From positions 32,054,001 through 32,118,000 of the forward strand of contig NC_043015.1 of assembly GCF_006345805.1 (NCBI RefSeq): DNA of 64,000 nucleotides, written 5' to 3'. Shown piece by piece: positions 13,573 to 27,639 of this stretch. Position 1 is the first letter of the stretch. Every line of letters begins with the position of its first letter. A program made the translations under genes and the position numbers. The notes under the pieces are model-generated. The model made no database searches. It saw nothing but the letters and a program-made list of their open reading frames with translations, and was not told where the DNA came from. The stretch comes from Octopus sinensis. Taxonomy: Eukaryota.

Positions 13573-14214
13573 TTGTATGTATGTATGTATGTCTATATCT
13601 ATATCTATGTATGTGTGTATATGTATATATGCACATAAACGTGTGTGTGTGGTGTACAGTTTTTGTTTAAAGTTAATAGAAGAATAGCAAAAAGTTTACA
13701 CACACACACCACACACATACACACACGCACACACACACACACACATGTGAACATATCTACATATCTATATTCACATATAAGCAGGTAGTGTAAAAACATC
13801 GACAAATACAACCATGATAATTAGAGCTCATTTATTAATAACCCATTAAACTCCAAAACATTATAATTTTGCTGTAAATTCAAGTTGAAAAAGTTTGCAT
13901 AACAAATAATTGGCCAAATTAATCTTTAAGAGCCAAGTATATTTAAAATTGAAAGCAGAAAAGCATAAATTTCACAGATAAATCATAATTTAATTACTTC
14001 CAACAGCTGTTTCGTAAGGAATAGACATCAATAACTCCATAATTGCAAAATCATGATACATGATAATTAGTATAAAATAATTTAAATTATATCAATTCAA
14101 AGCAATATTTATCTGAAATTTTTTATCAGAAATATTATGAGCTATGCTAGCCATAGACCATTGCTCGTTTAGATACAAGCAAAAGGGAGAGAATAAAGAT
14201 AAATGAAATATATA

Positions 14215-14269
<55 letters not shown>

Positions 14270-14273
<4 letters not shown>

Positions 14274-14645
14274 CACCATACGAACGTGGCTGATGCCAGC
14301 GCCACCATGACTGGCTTCTGTGCCGGTGGCACGTAAAAAGCACCATCTGAACGTGGCCGATGCCAGCGCCGCCTTGACTGGCTTCTGTGCTGGTGGCACG
14401 TAAAAAGCATCAACCAATCGTGGCCGCTGCCAGACTCCCCTGGCACCTGTGCCGGTGGCACGTAGGAAGCACCCACTACACTCACTGAGTGGTTGGCGTT
14501 AGGAAGGGCATCTAGCTGTAGAAACACTGCCAGATCAGACTGGGCCTGGTGCAGCCTCCTGGCTTCCCAGACCCCGGTCGAACCGTCCAACCTGTGCTAG
14601 CATGGAAAACGGACGTTAATCGATGATGATGATGATGATGATGAT
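14270..14645 (+). mobile_element. RTE-LINE 3'UTR copy with three repeat-unit cores
   Basis: GTGC(C/T)GGTGGCACGTA x3 with about 60-67 nt periodicity; conserved tail. Confidence 0.85.
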
Positions 14646-14919
14646 ATATATATATGAAATGAAATATATGTATATATATTAATACTATCATATAATATAC
14701 ATGCACACACACATGCTTGTATATATCATGTTTTATTTGTTTCACTTATTCAACTATGGCCAAAGTACCATGTGTTGAGATTGAACCCAAAACTACATGG
14801 TTACAAAGTGAGCTTCTTAACCACACAACCATACCTGTGCCTATGCAACACACCTTTTTCTAAAGGTGTGATTAATCTAGCAGGAATGAGAGTAAATCCA
14901 GGCCTTTACTCTCATTCGA

Positions 14920-15130
14920 TTGCAGCAGCTTTGAGTAGGAAGAGGCGTCAAGAAGACCCCCGCACCAGATGGCTGGACAAGATCAGGGAGGATCTCTAGA
15001 GGCTCACCGTCACCTCGGAGAATGTCCATGATGGAGAGCACAGGTGGAGCTTGGTTGGCCCTATGCATGAGGACATGTCTGGGACCACTAACTTGGAATG
15101 ACCCCCAGCCTGATCAAGCAAGAACATGAA
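14920..15130 (+). mobile_element. RTE-like LINE C-terminal remnant (third family)
   Basis: Translation SRKRRQEDPRTRWLDKIREDL resembles RTE G.R.RGRP..RW.D.I..DL. Confidence 0.55.
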
Positions 15131-15145
15131 GCAGGTAAGAGCTTG

Positions 15146-15739
15146 GTGAGCTGGCAGAACTGTTAGCACGCCGGGCGAAATGCTGAGCGGTATTTCGTCT
15201 GCCGTTATGTTCTGAGTTCAAATTCCACCGAGGTCGACTTTGCCTTTCATCCTTTCGGGGTTGATAAATTAAGTACCAGTTACACACTGGGGTCGATGTA
15301 ATCGGCTTAATCCGTTTGTCTATCTTTGTTTGTCCCCCCTATGTTTAGCCCCTTGTGGGTAGTAAAGAAATAGGTATTTCGTCTGTCTTTATGTTCTGAG
15401 TTCAAATTCCGCTGAGGTCGACTTTGCCTTTCTTCCTTTCGGGGTCGATAAATTAAGTACCAGTTATGCACTGGGGTCGATGTAATCGATTTAATCCGTT
15501 TGTCTGTCCTTGTTTGTCCTCTCTGTGTTTAGCCCCTTCTGGGTAGTAAAGAAATAGGTATTTCGTCTGTCGTTACGTTCTGAGTTCAAATTCCACCGAG
15601 GTCGACTTTGCCTTTCATCCTTTCGGGGTCGATAAATTAAGTACCAGTTACGCACTGGGGTCGATGTAGTCGACTTAATCCGTTTGTCTGTTCTTGTTTG
15701 TCCACTCTATGTTTAGCCCCTTGTGGGTAGTAAAGAAAT
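15146..15739 (+). mobile_element. Head-to-tail SINE family B trimer with a single 13-bp TSD
   Basis: One full copy plus two copies that start at internal GGTATTTCGTCTG. AGGTAAGAGCTTG at 15133-15145 and 15740-15752. Confidence 0.85.
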
Positions 15740-16380
15740 AGGTAAGAGCTTGAAGCAAGGAAGAGAAGGTGTGATTTGGGGTAACTTGGTTGCCATTTTT
15801 TTTAACAGAATGAGTGACCCTGTCCTTGTTGGCAGCTGCTGTTGTTGTTGTTGTTGTTAATGGGGTGGTGGTAGTAGCTGGTCTCTGTTTGGCAGTCACT
15901 CCCCCCACCCCGCTTCCTCTACTTTAGTCATGTGACACCGGTCTTTTCACCTTCTGCTCTCTTTGTATGTGTATGTCTTTCTTTCTCATGAGCATGGACC
16001 TAAATTCTACCATTACCACTCTCACTACAACCACCACCTCTAGCACTATTACCACTACTACTTCTACCACCACCACCACCACCATAGCAATGAATCACTA
16101 GTTGACCTTCTTCCAGTCATCACCTACGTCCTATACCTCACCCCACAACTATCTATACACACACACACACACACATATAAACACACGCATATGTTGATTG
16201 ACCTGGGAGAAAGAACAGCCAAATTCTCTCAGTTTTCATATCTTGTTGTACTAAAAATGGAAGGACACTTTAATAAAATTTAAGTCCTGCTGTTTAAAAT
16301 GCATGAGGCTTGCGAGGGGAATCAAGAATGATGAGGAAGCAGGGGTTGCTAAACATACACACACACACACACACACACAC

Positions 16381-16416
<36 letters not shown>

Positions 16417-16796
16417 ATATGAATATGCATAAGTATATATGAATAAATAAATATATATACATATATACTTTGGTATAAATACATAATGTGAATGCATATG
16501 TAAACACACACACATATACACACATACATATATATGTGTTTGTGCATGTGTATGAGTGTGTGTGTATAAATATATATATATATATATACACACACAGAAA
16601 TGCACATGGAGCACACTGAGAATTGACAGGAATTAGGATGGACATAGAACAGTAGAAATCCAGCTAAGAGTGGAATGTGTGAGTCAGGCGTGACCCTTGA
16701 TTCAACTAGGAGGGAGCAGCAGCAAATAAGATGCAATTCAGATGTGATGACCCATCCAACAATGTGTTCACGGGAGAAGGCAAACAAAATGCTCGT

Positions 16797-17058
16797 GAAG
16801 ATGATGATGATGATGGTGGTGGTGGTGGTGTGGTGGTGGTGGTGGTGGCGGCGGCAGTGATGAAGAAACCGAAGATGATGAAGATGATTATGATGGTGAT
16901 GAAAATGATGATGATGATGATGTTGACGATGATGATGTTGACGATGATGATGTTGACGACGGTGATGGTTATGATGATGATGATGATGATGGTTATGAAG
17001 ATGATGATGATGATGATGACGGTGATGGTGATGATGATGAAGATGATGGTTATAAAGA

Positions 17059-17090
<32 letters not shown>

Positions 17091-17270
17091 CTGGTGGTGG
17101 TGGTGATGGTGATGATGATGAAGATAGTTATGAAGATGATGATGATGATGGTAAAGATGATTTAAATAAAGTGCTTCCACACAGATACTGTCTACCAAAT
17201 TTCGCAAGCAAGAATGACAATGTCATCATATCTGTTAGCCATCTGCAACACATTCTTATATATATATATA

Positions 17271-17305
<35 letters not shown>

Positions 17306-17510
17306 CAGTACCACCATTATAACCATGACAACCACATTTACCACCATCATATTCCCCTCCCCCACCGTCACTACCACAACCAAAACCACAGCCATCGCCA
17401 CAACCACCACCACCACCACCACTACCATCACCATCACCACCACCACTGCTGTTGCTACTGTCACCATCACAACTACTGACCCCACCACTACTACCACCAC
17501 CACATCTAAC
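16797..17510. repeat. (GAT/GGT)n and (CAC/CAT)n trinucleotide tracts
   Basis: Directly visible; source of the poly-His/Met/Thr/Val ORFs. Confidence 0.95.
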
Positions 17511-17764
17511 TACCAAATTATTCATTTCATCATAGTTGAGGGATTATCTGGTGTTGGTTTGATGTTGTTGTTTCATTAATCTTAATTAATCTGAATGCTG
17601 GATAGTCTAGCAAACACTATGAGCACTTTGAGTATTAATGAAGAATTAATTGGCTACCCCTGCTACAAACATAGCCCACCAATGATGGGCCACTGTGAGG
17701 GGATGCTCATGGTTGGAATGCCTTTGGTTTATAAGTTGGCTCTACCATCATCAATTAACCATTG

Positions 17765-17940
17765 AGGGGACAAACAAGGTCAGACAAGAGGGTTAAGTTG
17801 ATTACATCGACCCCAGTGCGTAACTGGTACTTATTTAATCAAACCTGAAAGGTTGAAAGGCAAAGTCGACCTTGGCGGAATTTGATCTCAGAACGTAACG
17901 ACAGACGAAATACTGCTAGGCATTTCGCCCAGTGTTCTAA

Positions 17941-17945
<5 letters not shown>
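17765..17945 (-). mobile_element. SINE family B
   Basis: Reverse complement of the family B body. Confidence 0.75.
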
Positions 17946-17989
<44 letters not shown>

Positions 17990-17993
<4 letters not shown>

Positions 17994-18200
17994 TCATCAT
18001 CACCATCACCATCACCATCATCATCATCATCGCTTAGCGTCCGCTTTCCATGCTTGCATGGGTTGGACGGTTTGACTGGTGTCTGGGAAGTCAGGAGGCT
18101 GCACCAGGCACCAGTCTGATCTGGCAGTGTTTCTACAGCTGGATGCCCTTCCTAATGCCAACCACTCCATGAGTGTAGTGGGTGCTTTTTACGTGCTACC
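17990..18200 (-). mobile_element. RTE-LINE 3'UTR terminal fragment
   Basis: (CAT)n CGCTTAGCGTCCGCTTTCCATGC...GGATGCCCTTCCTAATGCCAACC. Confidence 0.8.
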
Positions 18201-18244
<44 letters not shown>

Positions 18245-18924
18245 GCACACACACACACACACACACTCATACACACACTCATTAAAAGGATATCCTGTAT
18301 TATGTCCAGATGCCATTTTCAACTCAGTTTGTTATACACCAATTCTTAACACTTGAGGCATAGTTTCTCTCTTGCTTTTGCCGTATCTGCTTCATGCATT
18401 TCAGTAAATATATTTACAAAACACAGGTGTTACAGCGTGACAATTACAACAACGCCTACCAGTGGAAATGTGTTGTAATAACAAGCACAGTTGTAAACAT
18501 CACAGCCTACAAACTCAAGAACAAGCATTAAAACGACAAATTAACACAAGAATAACAACTGCTGTAAAGGGCATGTTGAACTTCAGGTCAGAGATAACAA
18601 AGAAAAAAGGCAACGAAAATCTATTGTAAAGAAGATGCAAAAGATTATAACAAGAGATGAAGGGGTGTGGTGGATGTTTTATACGGAGTAAAACAAGTAA
18701 TAGAGGCTGTTTTTTAAGCATAAGACAATTGATGGATTTGAAGAAACAACAATACAAGTGAACTCCTCCTCCCCATTGTTATTATTATTATTATTTAAGA
18801 TCTGTTTTTCATGCTGGCATGGGTTGAATTGTTCAAGAGGAACTGACAAGTGAAAGGATTGCATCAAGCTCCAAACTCAGTTTTGGCATACTTTTTAGGG
18901 CTGGACACCCTTTCTAATACCTCA

Positions 18925-19260
18925 GCTCTGTCTGGCCCCCGTGTCGGTGGCACGTAAAAGCACCATCCGTTCGTGTCCATTGGCAGCCTCGCCTGGCCCC
19001 CGTGCCGGTGACACGTAAAAGCACCATCCGTTCATGGCCGTTTGCCAGCTCTGTCTGGCACCTGTGCGGGTGGCACGTAAAAAGTACCCACTACACTCAC
19101 GGAGTGGTTGGCATTAGGAAGGGCATCCAGCCGTAGAAACACTGCCAGATTTGACTGGGCCTGACGAAGCCTTCCAGCTTCACAGACCCCAGTTGAACCG
19201 TCCAACCCATGCTAGCATGGAAAACGGACGCTAAATGATGATGATGATGATGATGATGAT
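18925..19260 (+). mobile_element. RTE-LINE 3'UTR copy with three repeat-unit cores
   Basis: GTGTCGGTGGCAC / GTGCCGGTGACAC / GTGCGGGTGGCAC, conserved 3' part, (GAT)n tail. Confidence 0.85.
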
Positions 19261-19261
19261 T

Positions 19262-19525
19262 TCCTTACTACCCACAAAGGGCTAAACACAGAGGGGACAA
19301 ACAAGGACAGACAAACGGATTAAGTCGATTACATCGACCCCAGTGTGTAACTGGTACTTAATTTATCAACCCCAAAAGGATGAAAGGCAAAGTATTATTA
19401 TAATTATTATTATAGGGTAATGGATGAGTAGAATTATTAAAGTCTCAGACAAAATGTTCTGCAGTATTTCTTCTGATTCTTTACATTCTAAGTTCAAATC
19501 TCAGTGAGGTCAACTTTGCCTTTAA
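19262..19525. mobile_element. Two SINE family B fragments in opposite orientation
   Basis: Minus-strand 3' half at about 19262-19395; plus-strand 5' half at about 19435-19525. Confidence 0.65.
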
Positions 19526-19584
19526 ATCCCTCCTCATCACCAAACCTATCCCCCGTGCCACCTCCATCCCACCAGACCCTCCAC

Positions 19585-19642
<58 letters not shown>

Positions 19643-20056
19643 TCACCACCAACAGCAACACCATCATCACCACTATAATCAGTGCCTCCACCAAAACGGC
19701 CAACACCACTGTCACCACCACCATACCACCACCACCACCACCACTGCTACTACCACTACCACCACCACCACGATATATTGCCTCCATCCCAACTCCATTC
19801 TACCCCCCTCTCCCTCACTTCCCACCTCCCCTTCACTCTCCTCCCCCCACCGCACAGTCAATGATCCAAGAATATCTGAAGTGTTTGAACCAGTTACAAA
19901 TCCGTGACCTTCACCTTCAAGGACACACTGTTTACTACTTGCTCTTTGATTCCATTATTTTCGCAAAGATTTCTCAATTCCGTTCTTGGTTTTTTTTCTT
20001 CACTGACTTCCCACTCCTTACACACTGCAAAATCTGCTTCCAACAACACAGTATCC

Positions 20057-20099
<43 letters not shown>

Positions 20100-20239
20100 G
20101 GTATTTATTGCTGTTGTTATTTTAATTGTTCTTTTTTTCAACTGATTTCATGTCACAACTACGTCTCCACGCAAATTGTAACCTGTTTTCGTAATGTCCC
20201 CTTCATTTGATACCCCTGTGGCAAAACAAATAAATAAAT

Positions 20240-21712
20240 AAATCATCATCACCACAATCATCATCATCATCATCATCATCACCACCACCACCATCATCAT
20301 CATCACCACCACCACCACCACCACCACAACCACTACCACAATCATCATCATCATCATCATCACCACCACCACCATCATCATCACCACCACCACCACCACC
20401 ATCATCATCACCACCACCACCACCTTCATCATCATCACCACCACCACCACCACCACCACCACCACAACCACTACCACAATCATCATCATCGTCATCATCA
20501 TCACCATCACCATCATCATCATCATCACCACCACCACCACCACTACCACAATCATCATCCTCATCATCATCATCATCATCATCATCACCACCACCACCAC
20601 CACCACCACCACTACCACAATCATCATCATTATCATCAACATCATCATCATTTTGTCAAAAAAATCTGAATATTAGTTTAGTTGTTACTGAGGATAGGAG
20701 AGAGAGAAAGAGAGGTTGTTCAGATTATTCTTTTGATCTTCTGAAGTAGAAAAAGAAAATAACAATAACAATAAATAACAATAATAACAATAACAGTAAT
20801 AATAATAATAATAGTTGTAATTTCTGTAATTTGTTTTGTCTTTTCTTTTTATATGCTTTTCCTTAAATGTTAACTTCCACGTGCCTCTGTTAATATTTTT
20901 CCAGTACAATGATATTTTGTTTTGCATTGGATCGATTGAAACATGTGACACCTCTCACTTGCAGCGATGCCTTCTTTGGGCTTTTGGCATTTAGAAAATA
21001 TATAAAGTGCAAAATTAAAGCTGGGGGAAAAAAAAAAATTAAAAAACCCAGTTTTTTTGGGTTTTTTTTTGCTTCTTAACCTACAACCCAGAGTGGAAGT
21101 TAGTTGAAGGCCTGGAGTAGAACAAATAAACAAACATGTTTTTGTTGGAATTGGGAGACAAATGAATCTAAAAACACAATTTATAAACTCAAATGACAAA
21201 TTTCAACATCATCATCATGATTATCATCATCATCGTCATTGTCATCATCATCATCATGATTATCATCATCCTCATCATTGTCATCATCATTATTATCATC
21301 ATCATCATCATCATCATCATTATCACCATCATCGTCGTTGTCATCATCATCATCTGTGTCATCATCATCATGATTATCATCATCATCGTCATCATCATCT
21401 GTGTCATCATCATCATGATCATCATCATCATCTTCATCGTCATCATCATCATCATCATCATTGTTATCATAATAATCATCGTCATCATCCTCAGTCATCA
21501 TCACCAACATCATTGTCACAATTATCATCATGATCGTCATCATTATCACAATCATCTCCATCATCACCATAGTCCTTGTCATCATCATCATCATTGTCAT
21601 CATCATCATTGTCATCATCATCATCAGCAGCAGCAGCAGCATCGTTATCACCATCATCATCATTGTCATCATTATCATGATCATCATGATCATCGTCATG
21701 ATCACCGTCATC

Positions 21713-21744
<32 letters not shown>

Positions 21745-21975
21745 CGTCATCGTCATCGTCATCATCATCATCATCGTCATCATCATCATCGTCATCATCA
21801 TCATCATCATCACCATCATCATCGTCATCATCATTATCATCGTCGTCATTGTTGTCGTCATCGTCATCATCATTGTTATCATTATCTTGATCATTATGAT
21901 CATCGTCATCATCATCCTTATTATCATGACCATCATCATCATCAGCATTGTCATTGTTATCCTCACCATCATTTA
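20240..21975. repeat. Two large (CAT/CAC)n compound tracts (20240-20650, 21205-21975)
   Basis: Directly visible. Confidence 0.95.
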
Positions 21976-23179
21976 ACATCTGTTTTCCATGCTGGCATGG
22001 GTTGGACAATTTTGACAGGAGTTGGCAAGCCAGAGGTCTGCACCAAGCTTTATCTTTTGCTTTGACATAGTTTCTTGGCTGGATGTCCTCCCAAATACCA
22101 ATGCCCTTCCTAATGCCAGTTTAATAATAAAAAACGTTTCCAAAATAAGCAAAAGGCCTTAAATTTGAAGCAAGGGGACAAATCAATTATATACCTCACA
22201 GCCACTCCTGCGCCACTGGCAAAACCAAGTGAAGATGACCATAGAGGGACACATGTCGTGGATGACCAAGACTTCTTATTGGCCTCACCATGTTCTCTGT
22301 ACTCTATAGTATGTTGTGGCTACCTTCCCCTCCATTGAACCACCAAAGTTTCTCCTACAGAGTCCCACTGGATTCAATTTTCACATGCATTGGTAGGCCA
22401 GCAAACCCTAATTTGCTAATTAACCCGTTGCTGGGACCCTGATATGTGCTACTATTCTGAATCTGAATAGAACTGGGAACAATGGTAAGTAATTAAAAGG
22501 TAGTTCCACACTGCTCAAAAACCCTGGAACGTCCGACCCGGGGTCCCGCTATCGGATGCAGTTTGATGACATACCCAAAATGCATATACGTGTACCCACC
22601 CCCATCCACATACATGCACACACACCAAACTGAACGCATGGAATGAAATGCTTCAAGAAAAGCAATGCCAGTTCTATAGAGGGGGTAGAAAAGGTTTGAT
22701 TAATTAATAAACCCCCCACCCAGTCTTTCACCCATTCAAACATTAAAAAATTCAAATTTGGCCTTGTGCCTAGACAAAACAAGTTGTTATCAAAATTATG
22801 TATAATTATACACACACACACAAACACACATAAATATATATGTGTATATATATATACACATACATATATACATATATGTATTTATTTATTTATTCATTTA
22901 TTTTCTACTTAGAGATTTAGCTGTGAGCTCAAATTAGTTGTTGCCATTTTCTACATAGCTGCTAATTAGTCACCACATTCAATTAAATCTCGCTAATTTT
23001 AGGCCACACTGACATCCCAGACAAACATTTTCCAACTATTATTCTTATTGAGAGGTTTTCTTTTAAGTAATATTTTGGTTATTTTTGGATTTTCTGTCTA
23101 GAATATTCTATATTTCAAAATATAACAAAAACAATATATATAACTTTTAATAGGTTATATATGTGTGAATATATATATA

Positions 23180-23430
23180 TGGCATGTAAAAAGCACCAAC
23201 CGATCGTGGCTGTTGCCAGCCTCGCCTGGCACCTGTGCCGGTGGTACGTAAAAAGCACCCACTACACTCACGGAGTGGTTGGCGTTAGGAAGGACATCCA
23301 GCTGTAGAAACACTGCCAGATCAGACTGGAGCCTGGTGCAGCCTCCTGGCTTCCCAGACCCCGGTCGGACCGTCCAACCCAAGCTAGCATGGAAAAAGGA
23401 TGTTAAACGATGATGATGATGATGATGATA
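23180..23430 (+). mobile_element. RTE-LINE 3'UTR copy
   Basis: Conserved unit + GGTTGGCGTTAGGAAGG + (GAT)n tail. Confidence 0.8.
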
Positions 23431-23499
23431 TATATATATACACACACATGCATATGCACACATGCACAAACACACACATGCACAAACACACATATACAT

Positions 23500-23707
23500 T
23501 CCCTTTTTTCTTTTACTTGTTTCAGTCATTTGACTGTGGCCATGCTGGAGCACTGCCTCGAAGGGTTTTAGTTGAAGAAATCGACCCCAGGACATTCTTT
23601 GTAATCTTAGTACTTATTCTATTGGTCTCTCTTTTGCTGAACCACTAAGTTACGGGGACATAAGCTCACCAGCATCGGTTGTCAAGCGATGACGGGGTGG
23701 ACAACAA

Positions 23708-23720
<13 letters not shown>
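23500..23720 (-). mobile_element. SINE family A 3' module
   Basis: TTACTTGTTTCAGTCATTTGACTGTGGCCATGCTGGAGCAC...CAGCATCGGTTGTCAAGC. Confidence 0.75.
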
Positions 23721-23742
<22 letters not shown>

Positions 23743-24767
23743 CTAGTTGAATAAAGTTAAAACATGGTCTGGTTTTTACGTTTTTTATTATTCTATTTAA
23801 AAAATTTTTTTTTATAATGCTGAAGTGTGTTGAACATTAGAAAAATATTTTGTAATATTCATAAAGTTCAATTAGGACTTTCATACGTTCATAGTAATCA
23901 TCAGATTTCAAAATGTGTTTAACTGACAGTTGAGTTCTTGACACCTGTAGTAAAATGACTGATTTCTGTATTTCAAAAATTCATTTTGTTGGAGCCTTCT
24001 AAGATATATAAAAATGAAGAAGTCAATCATTTTACATACAACTAGATGCACACGCATACGCACACGTATGAACGAATATATATATATATCTGTATAATCT
24101 GTATCGGAACTCATATACGCAGGTGACCATCTTTCTTTTCCTGCACGGACGTTTTTTTGCTCTCACGTCTATCTTTTCTCTTTTCAAAGAAAATATTTCT
24201 CCCAGCGCTCACTATTTTCCTCTTGTTCTGGTCTAATGACCCACCATGTTTGTTTTCATTCAGTTTCCTTCTATATTTCCACCATCCTGTTTTCGTTCTC
24301 AACTTTGACCCTCCATAAATCCTAAATTTTATTTTAGAATTTATGGGAACAACTGTCTTTGAAGACTCATATTGTCATTGAATGCTTGAAATGAAAAGCA
24401 GACAGACAGCTGACAACTGATGAAGGTTCATTTCTCTGTGGTGATAAATATATATATATAAGAGTGTTGTAGTTTGCTTGAAGCATTGTAGTACAGGAGT
24501 TGAATAATAAATGAAAAGAGGAAAGCTAACAATGCAGAGATGAAAGTTGAAAAACCTTTACATATTTCAGGCAGAATTGCTTATCTTCGGAAGAGTACAG
24601 TCAAAGAAATATGTGTCTACGTAGATCCTGCCATTTGGATAGCAGATGTTGTCCAAGGGAAAGGCAAAGGCCAATACCACTTGCGACCAGCAATGATGCA
24701 ACTCATTTCTAAAGCTGAGTGAACTGGGCCACTTGTAATAAAGATCCTTGCTCTATATCTCTCTCTC

Positions 24768-24802
<35 letters not shown>

Positions 24803-24805
<3 letters not shown>

Positions 24806-25140
24806 AAGGTGCATGGCTCAGTGGTTAGAGCATTGAGCTTACGATCGTGAGGTTGTGAGTTCAAATCCCAGACCAGGCTGCGTGTTGTGTTCTTGAGCAA
24901 GATGCTTTATTTCATGTTTTCTCCAGTTCACTCAGCTGTAGAAATGAGTTGGACGTCACTGGTTCCAAGCTGTATCGGCCCCTTTGCCTTTCCCTTGGAT
25001 AACACTGGTGGCGTGGAGAGGGGAAGCCGGTATGCATGGGCGACTGCTGGTCTTCCATAAACAACCTTGCCTGGACTCGTGCTTGGGAGGGTAACTTTCT
25101 AGGTGCAATCCCATGGTCAGTCATGACCGAAGGGGGCCCA
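24803..25140 (+). mobile_element. tRNA-derived SINE (family C), near full length
   Basis: A box TGGCTCAGTGG, B box GAGTTCAAATCC, GTGTTCTTGAGCAAGATGCTTT central segment. An antisense remnant of its 3' part lies at about 24630-24730. Confidence 0.8.
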
Positions 25141-25199
25141 GCATATATATGTACAGATGAATGACTATAGATCTATCTCTCTATCTATTTATATATAAA

Positions 25200-25695
25200 T
25201 ATAGTGATCATGTGATGGTCATAGCATTGGTGGTGATGATGGTAGTGGTGGTGGCAGTACTGTTAGGTGGTATGATGTTAGCAGTGATAGCTGTGTTAAT
25301 GGTGATGGTGATGGTGATTACAGTGGTTATGTTGGTGGTGATGGTGGTTGTAGTTGTGGTGTTGTCGTTGGCTATTGCAGCACAGGCGGTGGAGGTCGGT
25401 AAAGGTAATACTACAAAACACTGCCACTACAACTATCACCAACACCAACGTCATTATCACCACCATTACCACCACCACCACCACCACCACCACCACCACC
25501 ACCGCCGCCACCACCACCACCGCCGCCGCGATTACCACCACCACCACCACCACTACTGCCACTACCACTGCCACCATTGCCAAAACCACAACCACTGCTG
25601 CCGCCAACATCACCAACACCACCTTCACCACTACCACCACCAACACCACCACCAACAACAACAACAACAACACCGTTACCATTACTAACACCATC
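25200..25695. repeat. (GGT)n then (CAC/CAA)n tracts
   Basis: Directly visible. Confidence 0.9.
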
Positions 25696-26321
25696 TCTGA
25701 CACTCCATTGCCCTTATTCTGCAGTTTAGCGCAGATGCTTAATGATGCAGTTTTATGCAGAATTGCACAGCTTTACATGCTTCTAAAGATTGAGAAATAC
25801 CAGAGAGAAAATGTGTTGTCTTGGAGAATTCTTCTGCCGATAGCAATGGCAGACAGAGAGAGAGAGATAAAAAGAGAGAGGTGAGGGGGAGAAACAGAGA
25901 AACAGAGAGAGAGAGAGGGGGGTGATTGTGATATTTACTGGTAGAGAGAGCATAGGAACTGTAATCACTGCAGCTGTCATAATAGGTGTGGTGACCTTAA
26001 CTGCAGCAACAACAATAGCAACAATACCAACAACATGTGTCATAACAACAACAGGTTGCAACACACAGATCCATGCACGTGTGCTCATACATATATACAT
26101 ACATGCATGCATACACACGTGCACATACACAATCATATATATATATATACACATATATACACACACACATATATATACACATACATATATATATATATAT
26201 ATACACATATATACACACACACATATATACACACACACATATATATATATATATACACATATATACAACACACACATATATATATATATATATACACATA
26301 CATATATATATATATATATAC

Positions 26322-26369
<48 letters not shown>

Positions 26370-27078
26370 GTTTATGTATATATATATGCATATGTGGGCA
26401 CAGGATGTCATGAAATGTGAACAACAAAATAGCACGAGTACTTGGAAGATGGACTATTCTTTCAAACAACGAAAGACACAATTGGGAAACAAAACAAACA
26501 ACATAAAGGACGACCCTTCATCAGTCGTTGGCTGTTTTTCTAATCCGTATTTCGAGCATTTAACAACAATATACACTTTTGATAAAACAGTTGCTCCCGC
26601 AGAGCAAATTAAATGAAATTTGGGATTTTGCGGAGGGTCAAAATTGGTAACACAAACAGGATAGTGAAAATAAACAGGAAGGGCTGCTAAGCCTAAATGA
26701 GGTTGTGGTGGCGAATGCATAAATCAAGCTAGGACAGGAAACAAACAAGAACACAGTCTTCCTTGTTCCAGCTACAATGAAGAGTAAGAAAGAAAGAAAG
26801 ATGACTGATGGTCACATGGGAGCCACGTGAGCAAGGGAGGAGGAGTGAGGGAGAGAGAGTGACAGAGTAATAGGTTAGAATAATGGGAGAAGAGGAGGTA
26901 AAGGAATAAGAGGGAGAGAAAGGGTGAAAAACGAAATAGTAAAAAGATTGTATAGAGTGTGCATCAGAGTTATTAAGATAAAACTTACTTGGAAGAGGAT
27001 ACATGGCATTCAATCATATAATAATATAAAGAATATATATATATGCATATATACATACGTATATGTACATACTTATGG

Positions 27079-27115
<37 letters not shown>

Positions 27116-27639
27116 TTTATTCAACATGTTCCCCTCTCAGATTCACACTTATTGCAGTGGTCCTTCAGTTTTTCGAAGCCCTGTAAAAGAACTCGGAAGG
27201 TTGTGCCTCCAACCAGGCCTTTTGCAATACCCTTAAAGCCAGGAATGTGTCACATACACAACAGGAACTTCCGCCAACCAAATTCAATCATAAGGCTTTG
27301 ATCGGCCTGAGGCTATAGCAGAAGACACTTGCCCAAGGTGCCACTGTATGACAGTAATGTGAAACTCAGATTGTGAGACAAACTCTCAGCTTCAGTTTTA
27401 TATTTTTAAAAATGTATACTCTATAACATGTATTGAGTGATCCTGTTTTATTTGCCCAGTGTAAACCAACATATGGATTATTACTGATAACACACACTAT
27501 ATTGGTAATATAGCTATTAATGCCTAATTGTCACCCTCGTACCATTATGTAAATTATCAGGCTGTATATTTGACTTGATAACCTCTGTGACCTTCATACA
27601 GTGTCCTTGACATGATGACCTTTGCCATTATATATATAT

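Noticed and set aside
16251-17579. Long ORFs rich in His/Met/Thr/Val/Ile/Tyr (also 19494-21976, 25161-26616, 33058-33700, 36099-37097, 38913-40016, 45894-47279)
   Set aside because: They are translations of di- and trinucleotide microsatellites, open in several frames on both strands, with no splice or domain support.
26505-26560. Minus-strand GCTCGAAAT...CTGATGAAGGG
   Set aside because: The elements are in the wrong order for a type-I hammerhead, there is no GAAA after a stem II, and no pairing supports a permuted type.
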